Positions 24,701 through 37,740 of a stretch of 64,000 nt of DNA are shown in pieces (the stretch's first letter is position 1; the number at the start of each line of letters is the position of its first letter). The position numbers and the translations under genes are program-made. A model generated the notes under the pieces. That model made no database searches. It was not told where the DNA came from and worked only from the letters and a program-made list of their open reading frames with translations. This stretch comes from Octopus vulgaris (Eukaryota), in assembly GCA_951406725.2 (NCBI GenBank), contig OX597821.1, positions 60,016,001 to 60,080,000 on the forward strand. The letters are read 5' to 3'.

Positions 24701-27559
24701 GAATGAGTGAGCATTAAATGACGGTGATGCTTGACCGGGATAACAATCTTCACCATCCTTTTCAGTCCTTTTTACCAATCAGATATGGGTTGCATAAGTC
24801 TGCAAGACAGTAAAATACCACTGTTGCTGACCCTTTGTCATTTCATGCATTAATGTCCAGTATTTTTAAAACCTGACCTGGTAACTTCTGCATATGTCTT
24901 TCTTTCATGTTTAAAAATACTAGACTCCTCAGCAACTTCCAATTTCTGTAATATCTTTCTCTTTCAAATTACATCACTTACACATGCATACCAATATTAT
25001 TTACACAGAATATTGACTGTTTTATAATTTAATTAATGTATATATTTCAGAATGAGTGTGTCTGTCAAAGAGTGTGGCTATTATGTACACTACACTACAT
25101 ACACACAATATATAAAAATCAAGTAAATGAACCACCACCCTTAGGTAATATAGAAATGTAAATTAAATATCATTAAATGAAATTTAAAACTACTAATTAT
25201 CATATATTAGAGATTAGACATTGTAAACAATAATTTGCGATAAAATATTCTACCTCAAATATATATATATACACACACACATACGCTCACGTACTTGTCT
25301 GTATACATGCAAATGTGTGTATATGTGTATTTACATACATACAAATATACATGTACATGTGTGTGTGTCTGTGTATATATATATATATATTTAGGGGGAA
25401 AGGAAATAGATAGGTAGTAATGTGTACTTGTTACGATAGAAGTCTAAACATAAAACCAAATGTAACAAAGACACTGATTAAAAATTCCAATCTAACTAGA
25501 AATGGCACAAACATAAATCCAGTCCAATCTTAGTGTCGATGAGAAGTTTTGGAGGGATTCTTTTGTACACATTGAAGAGACAGAAGCTGATTGCAGCTAG
25601 CAAGCTAGTTATAGCAAGCTTGTTATAGCTAGCTCATTAGATGGCACAGGAATATTTGCTTGCATCTGGCCAGCTAGCAACAGAAAACCTCTCCTGTCAC
25701 CCTAGCAGCAGATATTTGAAGGATGGGAGAAGTACTTTTCCTTGTTTGCCATTAATCAGTAGTTTCCTGCTCCTGGTTCCACCTTCTCTATGTAGCCTAA
25801 AGCCTAAATTCTTTTCCTTTCTCTTCTCTCTCTCTCTCTTTCTGACATTCAGGATGGATACATTTTTAGGACACAGTTAATCAAAAAGTGTAGGGTTTAC
25901 CTAATAATTAGTGATGGATAAGAACAGGCTGGTCCTCAGAGAGACATGACTACAACAGATGGAATCAAGGTAAAAGAAAAAAAAAAGAAAATCAAACAAT
26001 GCTGCTCTGCCCTTGATATATAGCATAATTAAAGGGAAACATGAATACAAACAGAAAAGGTAACAGAGCCCAGAGTACCAAAACTTAGTCTTTTTAGATT
26101 CTTTATATGTATGAATCTATACGTATATATATGTATACATCCATGCATATATATATATCCAGATCCAGCCAGTCATTTGTGTATCTATAAAACTGATATT
26201 AATAATCAGTCTTTACTTATTATTATTATTACTGATGCTGTTGTTATTGATATCATTAAGTTAGAATCCTGTTGAGGACAGATGTGTCTTTCATCCCTCC
26301 AGCATCAATAAAATAAGCACGAGTAAAAACTGGGAATTGATTCAATTGACCATCTCGACTCTCTTAAAAAAATTTGAGGCCTCTGTAAGAGAAAAGAAAA
26401 TCCTTTTTCTTGTAATTAATGTAATGTATTATTACTTAATGCCATCATCATAGAAATGAAACTAAGAAAGTAGTTATCAGAACAGAGGAGGTAAAACGAA
26501 ACTAAACTTAATATGGACAGCACACAGGTCTTTGAGATGTAATGCTGAAATTTAATGCCATAGGAGAGATAAAAAAAAATCTCTCTCTCTCTCTCTCTCA
26601 CAGAAAACATATGTGCAAATGGAAAAGAGAAAATGACTAAACTTTGAGAATATTAATCAGGAAAATATAAATATAGTTGTTGTACAAAATATTTGAGAAA
26701 TTAATCAACAAAATTACTTCTAACTTGGAACTGGTTGAGGTTTTACTTGGTTGAATTAACTGTAGTACTTGACAGCTACTTCTTTTTATTGATCCAAGAA
26801 AAACAAAAATCAAAATCAACCTAACTAAATTTGAACACAGAATTTAAAAGTGAAAATCACAAAGAATTAAGCCTGATGCTTCAAGGATTCTGCTATTACA
26901 AGTCTATAAGAATAATAATTATTGATCCCACTTCAGTTTTTCTGTATACTGTCAAAGGTTGGAGGGTTTACAATACAACAAGATTGTATTGTAATTTGTA
27001 TTCTATTATGATTTTAAACCCTGCATTATACTGTGAGAAGCTTAACATTCTGAGATTTAGTCTTGATATCCGATGACTGACAAGCACAGAGTCAGAAAGT
27101 GAGAAAATTTCTAGTTACTTCCATCCCAAAATATGATTGACTTTGATAGTGCTTTTCTTCCATTACATTCAAGCAGTGTGCTACCCAGCTGGACTCTACT
27201 CTTACCAAACTTTCCAGTCTTTCCTTTAAATTGACCACATCTAGCCCAAATACTCTACCTGATCTGGCTGAATACACCTACCCTACAATGACATTCTAAG
27301 AATAATCATTCACATAATTAAAGTATCAAAGCTATGAGATAATGTATGATTAATTTGAAATGATGTAAATAAATAAGATTTACATTTGGCAGAGTAATCT
27401 GAATGCTGAAGGGTTAACATGCAATTTGCCTTAACCTATATATATGCACCTTCTTCAAAATATTTATCTCTTTGATCTCAAAAACTACCAATGTATCATC
27501 ATTACCATTTGAAGGTAATGGAGACTGTTGTAAACAATCACTTTGATTATCACAATTTC

Positions 27560-28000
27560 TTTCTTTTCTCATCAACCCCCAGTAAGATCTTTGTAGGCTC
27601 TGATAGTGATTTACTTTCTTACATGATGAAGCAATGGGTTCTGCTCTAGACAGAAGAACTTCTTAGCCCACTCATCTGCCCATGAGTTCCATCTATCTTT
27701 CATCTATTGTATTGATTTTCCTACATCAATAAGTCTTTCTCTCTCATGTTTTATAACATTTAGTATGCCTCAGGGCTTGCTAATGTCTCTCACACTCTTC
27801 CTCCACTTTATTAATGACCTGTCACTAGCTGTCACTTCCAACAACACACACTCCTATGCAAATGATACATCCCTTCCACTCACAGGCAACATCTACATGA
27901 AAATTAAGCACCATATGTCGGGACTGGTTTTATTTCTGTGAACATTGTACCTCAAAGGCTGTATATCACTTTGTTTCATTTCTCTAAACCCTAAACTAAA
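27560..28000 (+). pseudogene. CR1/Jockey-like RT fragment
   Basis: atgcctcagggc (MPQG), TLFLHFINDL and SYANDTSL correspond to the RT QG and YADD motifs, decayed. Confidence 0.6.
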
Positions 28001-28474
28001 CTCTTCTCCCAATCATTCCTCCTCAAAAATCTAGCAATAAAAAAGAATTCCCTGTACCCAAACCTTCTCTAGAGGCATCAATGTACAAAATTTCAAACTG
28101 ACCATCAACCACATTGATCTCAAGGATCATATGTGCATGTATTCTCTTCTCATACAAAAAAAAAAAAAAAAATTTAAGTTCTTCCTGTGTCAGCCATGAT
28201 TTTGCTGAGATTATCACAGATTCTTCCAAACCTCTTTTTAAACACTGTCTGTTATTAAAAATAATTTAAACCCAATGATAAATTGATTCATCATGACAAT
28301 TTGAAACACTTCATGTGCCACATCACCAATAGCAAATTTCTGTTTTCATTCACACTTAGCTGAATGAGACCTGATTTTTAGCTCTCCACCAAACAATTTT
28401 ACTTTCCGCCTTCTATTCTTGATGTTTATCTCTTCTAAGTACTAAAATGGGTAGATTAGTGATAGTATTTATCT

Positions 28475-28675
28475 ATCGGTTTCAGATTCTGGCACAATGG
28501 GAAGGGGGCGGGATACTCAATTACATCAACACCAGTGCTCAACTGGTATTTATTTTACTGACCATCAAAAGGATGAAAGACAAAGTCAGACTCAGTGGGA
28601 TTTGAACTCAGAACAGCCAAAAGAAATGCCACTAAGCAGTTTGTCCATTGTACTAAAGACTCTGCAAACTCACTA
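28475..28675 (-). mobile_element. SINE family B
   Basis: Same sequence modules as 162-381. Confidence 0.8.
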
Positions 28676-28969
28676 ACTTAGTGATAGTCAGTATTGACAA
28701 GAATTAGTTATGGAATATTAACAAAAAGTGGTTATGTTAGTTATTGAATGGAATATATTTTCACTATCAAATGTCATTGAAAACTGAGAAAAATAAAGTC
28801 TTCTGTTACATTTAACATAAGATCTTGTCTGAAATATTAATCTCTATTGCTCCCAGTACATCAATATACACTTTTTTGCTCCTCTCCTTTAATCTGGTCA
28901 TCCACACTATTGTGCCTTACTATTGCCTGGCATCTGGTATTTTTTGGATCTTTATCCTTTGTTTTTTCC

Positions 28970-29770
28970 TCGTTTCAGTGATTGGACTGTGGCCCATGCT
29001 GGAGTACCACCTTGAAAGATTTTAGTCAAACAAACTGGCTCCAGAACTTATCTTTTATGCCTGGTGTTTATTCTTTTGACCGCTTTTGCTGAACTGCTAA
29101 GTTACAGGGATGTAAATAAAATGACACTAGTTGTCAAGCAAGTAGGCTGGATACAGAAACACACATACACACGGCAGGCTTTCACAGTTTCCATCTACCA
29201 AATTCATTCACAAAGCATTGTTCAGTCCAAAGCCCTGGTAGCAGACACCTCAATGTGTTGCACAGTGAGACTGAACCTGAAACCACATGGTTGCAAAACA
29301 AGCTTCTTAACCACACAGCCAGAGCTAGTCAACAATTTGTAAAAAAAAGGAAATACCCAACAAAGACAATTCACTATCTTTCCTCTGCATTCTCTATTTC
29401 TGCTTCCCTCTTTGTATATCTGCACCTTGCTGGAGCACCACCTTTAGCAAATTGACCCCAGTACTTATTCTTTGTAAACCTAGTACTTATTCTATCAGTC
29501 ACTTTTGCCAAACTGCTAAGTTACAGGGATGTAAACACACTAGCATTGGCTGTCAAGCGATGTTGGTGGGGACAAACATAGACACACAAACATACACACA
29601 CGCACACATGATAGGCTTCTTTCAGTTTCCGTCCACTAAATCCACTCACAAGGCTTTGGTCAGCCCAAGGCTATAGTAGAAGACATTTGCCCAAGGCACC
29701 ACGCAGTGGAACTGAATCCGGAACCATGAGGTTGGTAAGCAAGCTACTTACCACACAGCCACTCCTGCGT
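28970..29770 (-). mobile_element. Two tandem SINE family A copies
   Basis: Copies at about 28970-29320 and 29430-29770. Confidence 0.8.
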
Positions 29771-30430
29771 CTATATCGACAACTTTAAGAAAAAAGAACT
29801 TTGAACAACTATTCCACATCTTAACGAATCTTCTCCTTTTCTTAATTACTACTTCCAACTTGAAATGTTCATCTCCTAATTGGAGGAGTCCACTTCTCAC
29901 CTATCACTCAATCTGGTCAAAACAAAGTCAAAGTAATTCTCAGTTGCACTGTTCAGTTTGCAGTTGGCTTCAACTTTATGAAATTTATAATACAAATGGT
30001 AAATTCCTCAGAATTCTTCATTATTATTTTTGTAATAAGGCCAAAACCACTATGTTCTCCAGTGTGTTAATTTATTCTTATACTATCCAACCTAGCTGTC
30101 ACAATCAATTATATCTCTCTATTCTGCCTAACCTTTCATTCCCTCATTTCCCAATCCTATTCAAGAGACATTTCCAAAGTTCAAACCGTTAAATTCTGTC
30201 AGCTGCCTCACCTGTACTTTATATGGACGCTCTAAAGTGGTCAACATAATGATCATCCAGCTGTAGAAATCATGCCAAAACAGACATTGGAGCTTGACAC
30301 AGTCCTCTGACCTGTCTGATCCTGTCAAGCCATCCAACCCATGCCAGCATGGGATACGGATGCTGCATGATGAAGCCAATGACTGTGTAGATTGATATCA
30401 CTATATCATATCTATCTATGCATGTGTGTA

Positions 30431-30467
<37 letters not shown>

Positions 30468-30469
<2 letters not shown>

Positions 30470-31078
30470 GTGCAGGAGTGGCTGTGTGGTAAGAAGTTTG
30501 CTTCCCAACCTCATGGTTCTGGGTTCAGTCCCACTGCATGGCATCTTGGGCAACTGTCTTCTACTATAGCCTTGGGCTAACCAAAGCCTTGAGTTGATTT
30601 GGTAGATGGAAACTGAAAGAAGCCCATCATATATATATATATATCATCATCATCATCATCATCATTTAACGTCCGCTTTCCATGCTAGCATGGGTTGGAC
30701 GGTTCAACTGGGGTCTGGGGAGCCAAGTAAATATATGGCACAACGAAGTACCGATATTTACTGGAAATAGCGAACGTATATGTGTGCAGGCATATCTTGA
30801 AAAATCTGAAACTGGCTCCGGTCCCACATTATCCTTTTCTAGGTATTTCATCTTTCAGATGTTCTCCCTGGAGGTAAGACAATTTTTTTCAAGTTTGTTG
30901 CACTCACGCATTTTTGTTAGTACATACGCAGTGAAGCTATACATTAGCGTCGTATTATTACATTCGCTATTTCCAGTAAATATCGGTACTTCGTTGTGCC
31001 ATATATTTACTTCTATGTATAATTTTCCCTCATGGGCTATTCTTTACTGGAAAGCAATACTCTCGTATTGCATTACTA

Positions 31079-31119
<41 letters not shown>

Positions 31120-31350
31120 TACATGTATGTATGTATGTATTTGTGTCTGTGTTTGTCCCTCCATCATCGCTTGACAACCAATGTTGGTTCATTTTTGTCC
31201 CCATAAATTTGCAGTTCAGCAAAAAGAGACCAATAAAATAAGTACTAGACTTGCAAAGAATAAGTCCTGGGGTCAATTTGTTTGAGTAAAGGCAGTGCTC
31301 CAGTATGGCAGCAGTCAAGTGAGTGAAACAAGTAAAAGAATAAAAGAATA
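30468..31350 (+). mobile_element. SINE family A with a family C fragment and a fold-back element nested in its TA tract
   Basis: Head 30468-30628; 3' module resumes about 31140-31350. Confidence 0.8.
30725..31081 (+). mobile_element. Fold-back element 1 with structured 3' end
   Basis: 30725-30778 is the reverse complement of 30959-31012 (54 bp, 1 mismatch); the right arm continues into hairpins and then (TA)n. Confidence 0.8.
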
Positions 31351-31452
31351 TATATTATCTATATGATGTATGTATGTAAGTTTATGTGTTTCTTTTTTTT
31401 GAAAAGTATACAAGACGTAGGTGTTTCTGTGTGGTAAGAAGTTTGCTTCTTA

Positions 31453-31687
31453 TGAGGTGCAATTTGGCTGAATGGTTAAGAAGCTTGCTTAGGAAGAAAA
31501 GACCCTAGGATCGAGTCTTCCCTATGTCATTTCGAGCAAATATCACCTTTTATCGAGGGTTTGTTGGTCGTTGGGTGCTAACATCCCTCTCATCTGTATC
31601 ATTTTGTTTCATTTCATCTCATCTTGTCCATGTCCAGCCCACAAGCTTCTATCTGTGTACTGCCCTTGTGGCAAATTATATGAAATA
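31453..31687 (+). mobile_element. Rare tRNA-headed SINE with 17-bp target-site duplication
   Basis: TSD AAGAAGTTTGCTTCTTA at 31436-31452 and 31688-31704; A-box-like TGGCTGAATGGT, B-box-like GGATCGAGTC; inserted in a family A head. Confidence 0.8.
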
Positions 31688-31822
31688 AAGAAGTTTGCTT
31701 CTTAATTACATGGCTCTGTTCAGTCTCATCATGTGGCACCTTTAGTGAGTGTCTTCAATAGCCTCAGGTTGCCCAAAGCTTTGTGAGTGGATTTGGTAGA
31801 CGGAAACTGAAAGAAGCCCATC

Positions 31823-31865
<43 letters not shown>

Positions 31866-31874
31866 GCAAAATTA

Positions 31875-32150
31875 TAATTTAGGATATCTAAGAGATACCA
31901 CCATGCTGGAAATAACAGCCAAAACTTGACTCTAAAACCACATTAAATGTTCATACAGTCTTCTCTCTTGGTGCTGTATGAACATTTAATGTGGTTTTAG
32001 AGTCAAGTTTTGGCTGCTATTTCCAGCGTGGTGGTATCTCTTGGATACCCTAAATTAAATTTTTAATAATAATTATTACCTTTGAAGGTTTTTATTCCCA
32101 TGCTGGCTACTTGATAAGTTCGATATTTCAATAACGATCTTATCCTTATT
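31875..32150 (+). mobile_element. Fold-back element 2 with structured 3' end
   Basis: 31875-31958 is the reverse complement of 31974-32057 (84-bp arms, 15-nt loop); (TA)n on both sides. Confidence 0.8.
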
Positions 32151-32160
32151 TATATAATTT

Positions 32161-32191
<31 letters not shown>

Positions 32192-32211
32192 CATATATAT
32201 ATATATGCATG

Positions 32212-32597
32212 TAGGTGCAGGAGTGGCTGTGTGGTAAGTAGCTTGCTTACCAACCACATGGGTCTGGGTTCAGTCCCACTACGTGACACCTTAGGCAAGT
32301 ATCTTCTACTATATCCTCGGGCCAACCAAAGCCTTGTGAATGGATTTGGTAGACGGAAACTGAAAGAAGCCCATCGTATATATGTATATGTATGTATGAT
32401 TGTGTGTCTGTGTTTGTCCCCCCAACATCGTTTGACAACTGATGCTGGTGTGTTTATGTCCCCGTTAGGCCAAAGTTAGCGGTTTGGCAAAAGAGACCGA
32501 CAGAATAATACAAAGAATAAGTCCTGGGGTCGATTTGCCCGACTAAAGGTGATGCTCTAGCATGGCTGCAGTCAAATGACTGAAACAAGTAAAAGAA
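32212..32597 (+). mobile_element. SINE family A, full length and little diverged
   Basis: Best in-window reference copy: tRNA-like head with GGTTCAGTCCC B-box, core, TA/TG tract, 3' module, tail gactgaaacaagtaaaaga. Confidence 0.9.
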
Positions 32598-34688
32598 TAT
32601 ATATACAGACAGACAGATAAACATTTGTGTGTCTGTCTATCTGTCTGTCTGTATATATATCCCTGTTACTTAGTAGTTTGGCAAAAGAGACTGACAGAAT
32701 AAGTATCAGGATTACAAAAAACAAATAAATAAATAACTACTGGAGTCGATTTGTTTGGCTAAAATTCTTCAAAGTGGTGCCCAAACATGGCCACAGTCTA
32801 ATGAGTGAAAAAAGATAAAAGATATAAGATTTAGAATTTCAAAGAACTCCAACAAACAACTACCTCTTACTCTTTCTTCCTCAAATATGAGTTTGGTTGA
32901 TGCTTCTCAAATGGTTGATGCTTCTCTCCATCTCACATGCTGGAGAGAAACTAATGTTAATTAACCAATATGCTACTAACATCTCTCTACAACTTCACTG
33001 CTGGTTTTCTCTCTTTTCCTCTCTCTCTCTCATTATTTCTATATTAACACAACATTACGGAAATCATACACACACACATAGTTTATTATATATATATATA
33101 TATATATATATACGAAATCAATTTGCCCAAAGCCAACTTCAACCTCCAAAGATTCAACTTGAAAAATGTTGTAATATATATAATTACAGAAAATATTAAA
33201 AAAAAGACACAAAGACACACACATGAAAAAAAAAATCACTTTGCCAACTTAGATCAATATTTATTTTTAAATTAATGAAGCAATCATGGAAGGAGCAGCA
33301 GAGAAAATGAAAGACTACAAAGTAGAAGTGTAGCTATAGCAAAGTAAATAAATAAATAAAGCTATTCTTATTAAAAAACCAAAATCAAAATGAGAATGAA
33401 AATGGATGAAGGAAGAAGGATTGAAGGGAAAGAAAATCTGAAGGAAAAAAAAAATAGGAAGGAAAATGTAATGAGAAAAAAAAAAAGAAAAATTAAAAAA
33501 TGGAAGTGAAAATTCACAAAGGTTTGCTAGCGAAATAAATTTTGGAAGAAAAAAAATTTAGAAAGAAATTTGAACATCTAAGGACGAAGAAGGAAAAGAA
33601 AGAGTAAGTCAATGAAAAGAAGAAAACGTGAAAACAATGCCTGGTTCAGAGAACCACACCCACTTTCATGATGAACACCTCACACAAAGGTGAAAACAAC
33701 ACTGTGTTGTAGTAACAGTAGTAGTGGCAGCAGTAGTAGTAGTGGCGGCAGTAGCAATAACAACAACAACAATTAAACATTGATTACATGAACCATTGCT
33801 TTCTTCTGAAAAAGTCAGTTTCAGTAAATTTGCCAAATATTCCAAAATTTCAACAACTATTTCACCTACCTTTTCTCTCTCTCTCTGTCTTTCTCACACA
33901 CACACACAATTCCCCCTCACTTTTTCTCTCTCTCTTACACACACACACACAATACCCTTTCTCTCTCTCTCACACACACTTTCCCTCTCTGATACAAACA
34001 CACACTTTTTCTCTAACACACTGATACACACACTTTTCCTTGTGAGTGCGTGTGTGCATGCTCGTGCGCGTGTGTGTGTGTGCATGCGTGTGTACATGTT
34101 CACTTAAGTGCAAAAGAGACACCTGAACTGGATTATGTATAATTCAACTCTCAAGGATCAATAATACTTAGCCAGCTCCTGCTTATAGTAAAAATACAGA
34201 GAGAGTGAAAGGAGGAGATGAAGAAAAGTATTAAAGTGGCCTCTTGCTAAGCAAGAGGCCTGCAGTTACTTGAAGCAAAAGTTTAGATGGCACCAGTCTT
34301 TTGGAACTATTTTAGCTTTTCTTCATAACTGAGTCTGCAAGTTTTCACTTGAATGAATACCTTAAGGAAGGACAGAGATAATTATTATAAAATAAAATTT
34401 CATATATTAATAAATACTGAAATTTATTTAAATTTCCTTATATAACTAAATAACATGATCATATGAGGCATTGTAGAGTGTGTGTGTGTGTATATATCTA
34501 TATCTATATGTATCTATCTATCTATATATATAATTATTTGGCCTTTTAGTACTATAATCATTTGACCTTATACTGAATAATTTGCTGTTAATTGATTAAG
34601 TAATATATTTTGAAGTGAGTTATTTACTGGAGTACTTTGAATTCTGTAAGTTAATTTACTTGATAGTTCATGTTCGTTTTTAAAACTA

Positions 34689-35965
34689 TTGGGTCATCCC
34701 ATAAATAATGCGGATTTTTTCAATTGCATGAACTATAAGTTGAAAGGGAACAGGTTAAACTACCTGCATCAACTTGCTATAAAAGCAGGTAGTAATTTTA
34801 CCTTGCACTTATTCTTAGTACAAATTTTGAAGAGTGCAGTTTTATTTTAAGTAATTTTTTTCAAAGCTATAATGGAAGTGACAAAGGAGCATATTTGGCA
34901 TATTTTTCTTTATGAGTTCAATAAAGGCAATAACACAACGGAAAGTGTAAGGAATATTAATGCAGTATATGGGGATTGGACAATAAGTGTAAGCCAGTGT
35001 CAATAGTGGTTCTAGAAATTCTGAGCTGGAAACTACAACCTAGAGGACGAACCTCATCCTGGAAGATCTGTAGAGCTTGATGAGGATGTCCTGCAAACCC
35101 TGATGGAACAAAATCCCATTGTAACTGTTGAACTAGCAGAGAAATTTAAATTTGGTCATTCAACTGTTCATCGACACCTGTGTGCCATCGGAAAAGTCAG
35201 TAAACTGGGTCAATGGGTTCCTCACAAACTTTCCGAGTCTAATCACATGCAGAGAGTGAAAGTGTGGTTTTCTTTGCTGTCATGTCTCACAAATGAACCT
35301 TTTTTGGAATTGAATAGTAACTGATGATGGGAAATGGGTTCTCTATAAAAATGTCAAAGACAGTGGGTAGAGAAAGGAGAAATACTGGCACTCCAGGCTA
35401 AAGAAGGTTTTCACCCACTTAAAGTATTGTTATCTGTTGATGGGATATGAAAGGTTTAGTCCACTTTGAACTTTTAAACCCAAACCAAATGATAACAAAG
35501 GAGATCTACTGTGAGCAGCTTTAGTAATTTAAGTCATCCCTAGAAGAAAAACGACCAGCTTTGGTTTCAAGACAAAAGGTGTTCTTCCATCAGGATAATG
35601 CTCAGCCACATACAGTGAGGATGACATTCCAAAGGCTGGAGCAGTTTGAATGGGAAACAATGCCCCACCCACCATATTTGCCAGACATTACTCCATCTGA
35701 TTATCATTTATTGTGCAGTCTTCAAAATCATTTGGATGGAAAAAATATGAATTCTGTAGATGTGGTCAGAACAGTACTGGAGGAGTATTTTCCATCACGA
35801 ACAAGTAAATTTTGGAAGAGGGGCCTAGCAAGTCTACCAGATAGATGGAAGAGCATTGTAGAAAATAAAGGAAAGTATATTTTAGATTAAAAAAGAACTT
35901 TGTTTATCCTAATTTTGAAAAATAAAAGAAGTATAAAAAACCGCATTATTTATTGGATGACCCAA
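34689..35965 (+). mobile_element. Full-length mariner (Tc1/mariner, DD34D) DNA transposon, inactive
   Basis: TIR TTGGGTCATCCCATAAATAATGCGG at 34689 and its near-perfect reverse complement ending at 35965; TA at 34687-34688; 1277 bp. Confidence 0.95.
34872..35890 (+). pseudogene. Mariner transposase pseudogene
   Basis: MEVTKEHIWHIFLYEF.., WVPHKL, IVTDDGKWVLY, HQDNAQPH, HPPYLPDITPSDYHL with 34 residues between the second and third catalytic Asp; internal stops and frameshifts. Confidence 0.92.
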
Positions 35966-35996
35966 AACTTTGCAGCTAATAATAATAATAATAATA

Positions 35997-36525
35997 CTGA
36001 AGCTAGAGACACATGGTATGAACACCAGGTCAAAAGAGCGTTGTAGTTAGAGAATTGTAAGTTTCTGTCGGACTTGCCTATTTAAATGGACAAGAAGCTA
36101 GAAAATAATAGACCATACAACAATAACAGACAAGGAAAAGCGAAGTTGCCTGCTAAGTGATCCATCATGTCCGTTTGATTCCAGGATCATTAAGGAAGAA
36201 AGCAAAAAAAACAAAGAAAAAAGAACACAACCCATTAAAATTTGAAACTGCAAGAATTTGGAGTATGAAAATTGTAAAGGTTGCACCTATAATAATTGGT
36301 GCACTGGGAACTGTAAAGAAAGATGTAGATGAATGGTTGAAGGAGATTGAAATAGAATACCCTATAGAGCTTCTACAGAAAACTTGTCTCTAACGAACAA
36401 AAAAGATTATCAGGAAGGTTCTAAGCACTTGAAAGACTATAGAAAGATTGTGGATATCTAAAGTTACAGGTAGTAACCTGCTACCCACATAAATCCTAGA
36501 AATAAGAATGAACCTGGGTCAAACC
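35997..36525 (+). mobile_element. 5'-truncated R4/Dong-clade non-LTR retrotransposon (REL endonuclease end) in a (TAA)n tract
   Basis: WYEH..ENCKFLSDLPI..NNRP..SCPFDSRI..ARIWSMKIVKVAPIIIGALGTV..LLQKTCL..IIRKVLST*; (TAA)n at 35977-35996 and aatgataataat after 36525. Confidence 0.8.
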
Positions 36526-37362
36526 AATGATAATAATAGTATTCATCATCATCGTCATTGTATTCATCATTTCAATATTCATTTTCCATACTTGCATGGG
36601 GCATCACACAATCTGTTGGGGCAAATTTTCTATGGCCAGATGCCCTTCCTGTTGCCAACCCTCACCTGAATCCAAGTAAGGTACCCATTGAGCAGATATA
36701 TTTTCATGGAAAGTTGGAAATGAAAGACACTGACTGTATGATGGTGATGCTCATCTACACCTACTGTACAATGCTAATACAAGGAGACACAATCACACAC
36801 ACACACACACACACACACATACATACATACATACATACATACACAGAATTTGTATCTACCAACGCATTGGTTGACCCATGACTATGATAGAAGACACTTA
36901 CCCAAGGTGCCATGCAATGGTACTGAACCGAAGATCAACATGGTTGCAAAGCAAGCTTTACCACACAGTTTTACCACACATTATTTCCTTCCTCTATTCT
37001 CTGTGTGTGTGTATGTGTGTGTGTGTGTTTTATGTAGAAACAGATATTACATCTGTGAGTGAATGTATGTTTATTAAACAAACACACATGAACTTGTTCA
37101 AAGTTTATACACACACACACACACACACACACACTGCTGTTTCAGTGATTTACTTTAGCTTTACTAAAAACTCTCTGCCAGTGAATTTACTGAAATGCAA
37201 ATGAATAAAATTTGCCCCTGTTAATCCTTGCATTCATTTCAAGCAAGCTGCTTGCTCACTCTGAGCTGTTAACACAAGTAGACATTCCTGATGAAATGGC
37301 AATAACCTGTCAAAACTATACTACAGAGAGCAAGGTCTTTTTACACAGGTTCAATGTATTCT

Positions 37363-37740
37363 TTGTTTCAGTCATTTGACTGTGGCCATGCTGGAGCATC
37401 ACCTTTTAGTCAAACAAATCAACCCCAGGACTTATTCTTTGTGAGCCTAGTACTTATTCTATCGGTCTCTTTTTCTGAACTGCTAAGTTACAGGGATGTA
37501 AACACACGAACATCGGTTGTCAAGTGATGGTGGGGGCACAAACACACATACATATATATATATATATACACATATATATATATGACAGGCTTCTTTCAGT
37601 TTCCATCTACCAAATCCACTCACAAGGCTTTGGTTGGCCTGAGGCTATAGGAGAAGACACTTGCCCAAGGTGCCACACAGTGGGACCAAACCTGGAACCA
37701 TGTGGTTGAGAAGCAAGCTTCTTACTGCACAACCACTCCT
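37363..37740 (-). mobile_element. SINE family A, full length
   Basis: All family A modules present. Confidence 0.88.

Noticed and set aside
30682-31206. Longest ORF (174 aa)
   Set aside because: Crosses a family C fragment, a fold-back element, a TA tract and a SINE module; chimeric artefact.
31994-32030. GTTTTAGAG and rc GCTGGAAATAGC reminiscent of the Cas9 guide scaffold; GCTATTT reminiscent of a dicistrovirus IGR IRES loop
   Set aside because: Short matches in the wrong order or orientation; the remaining scaffold and IRES pseudoknots are absent.
32212-32290. tRNA genes at SINE heads
   Set aside because: A/B-box-like motifs are present but there is no complete cloverleaf and they continue into SINE bodies.
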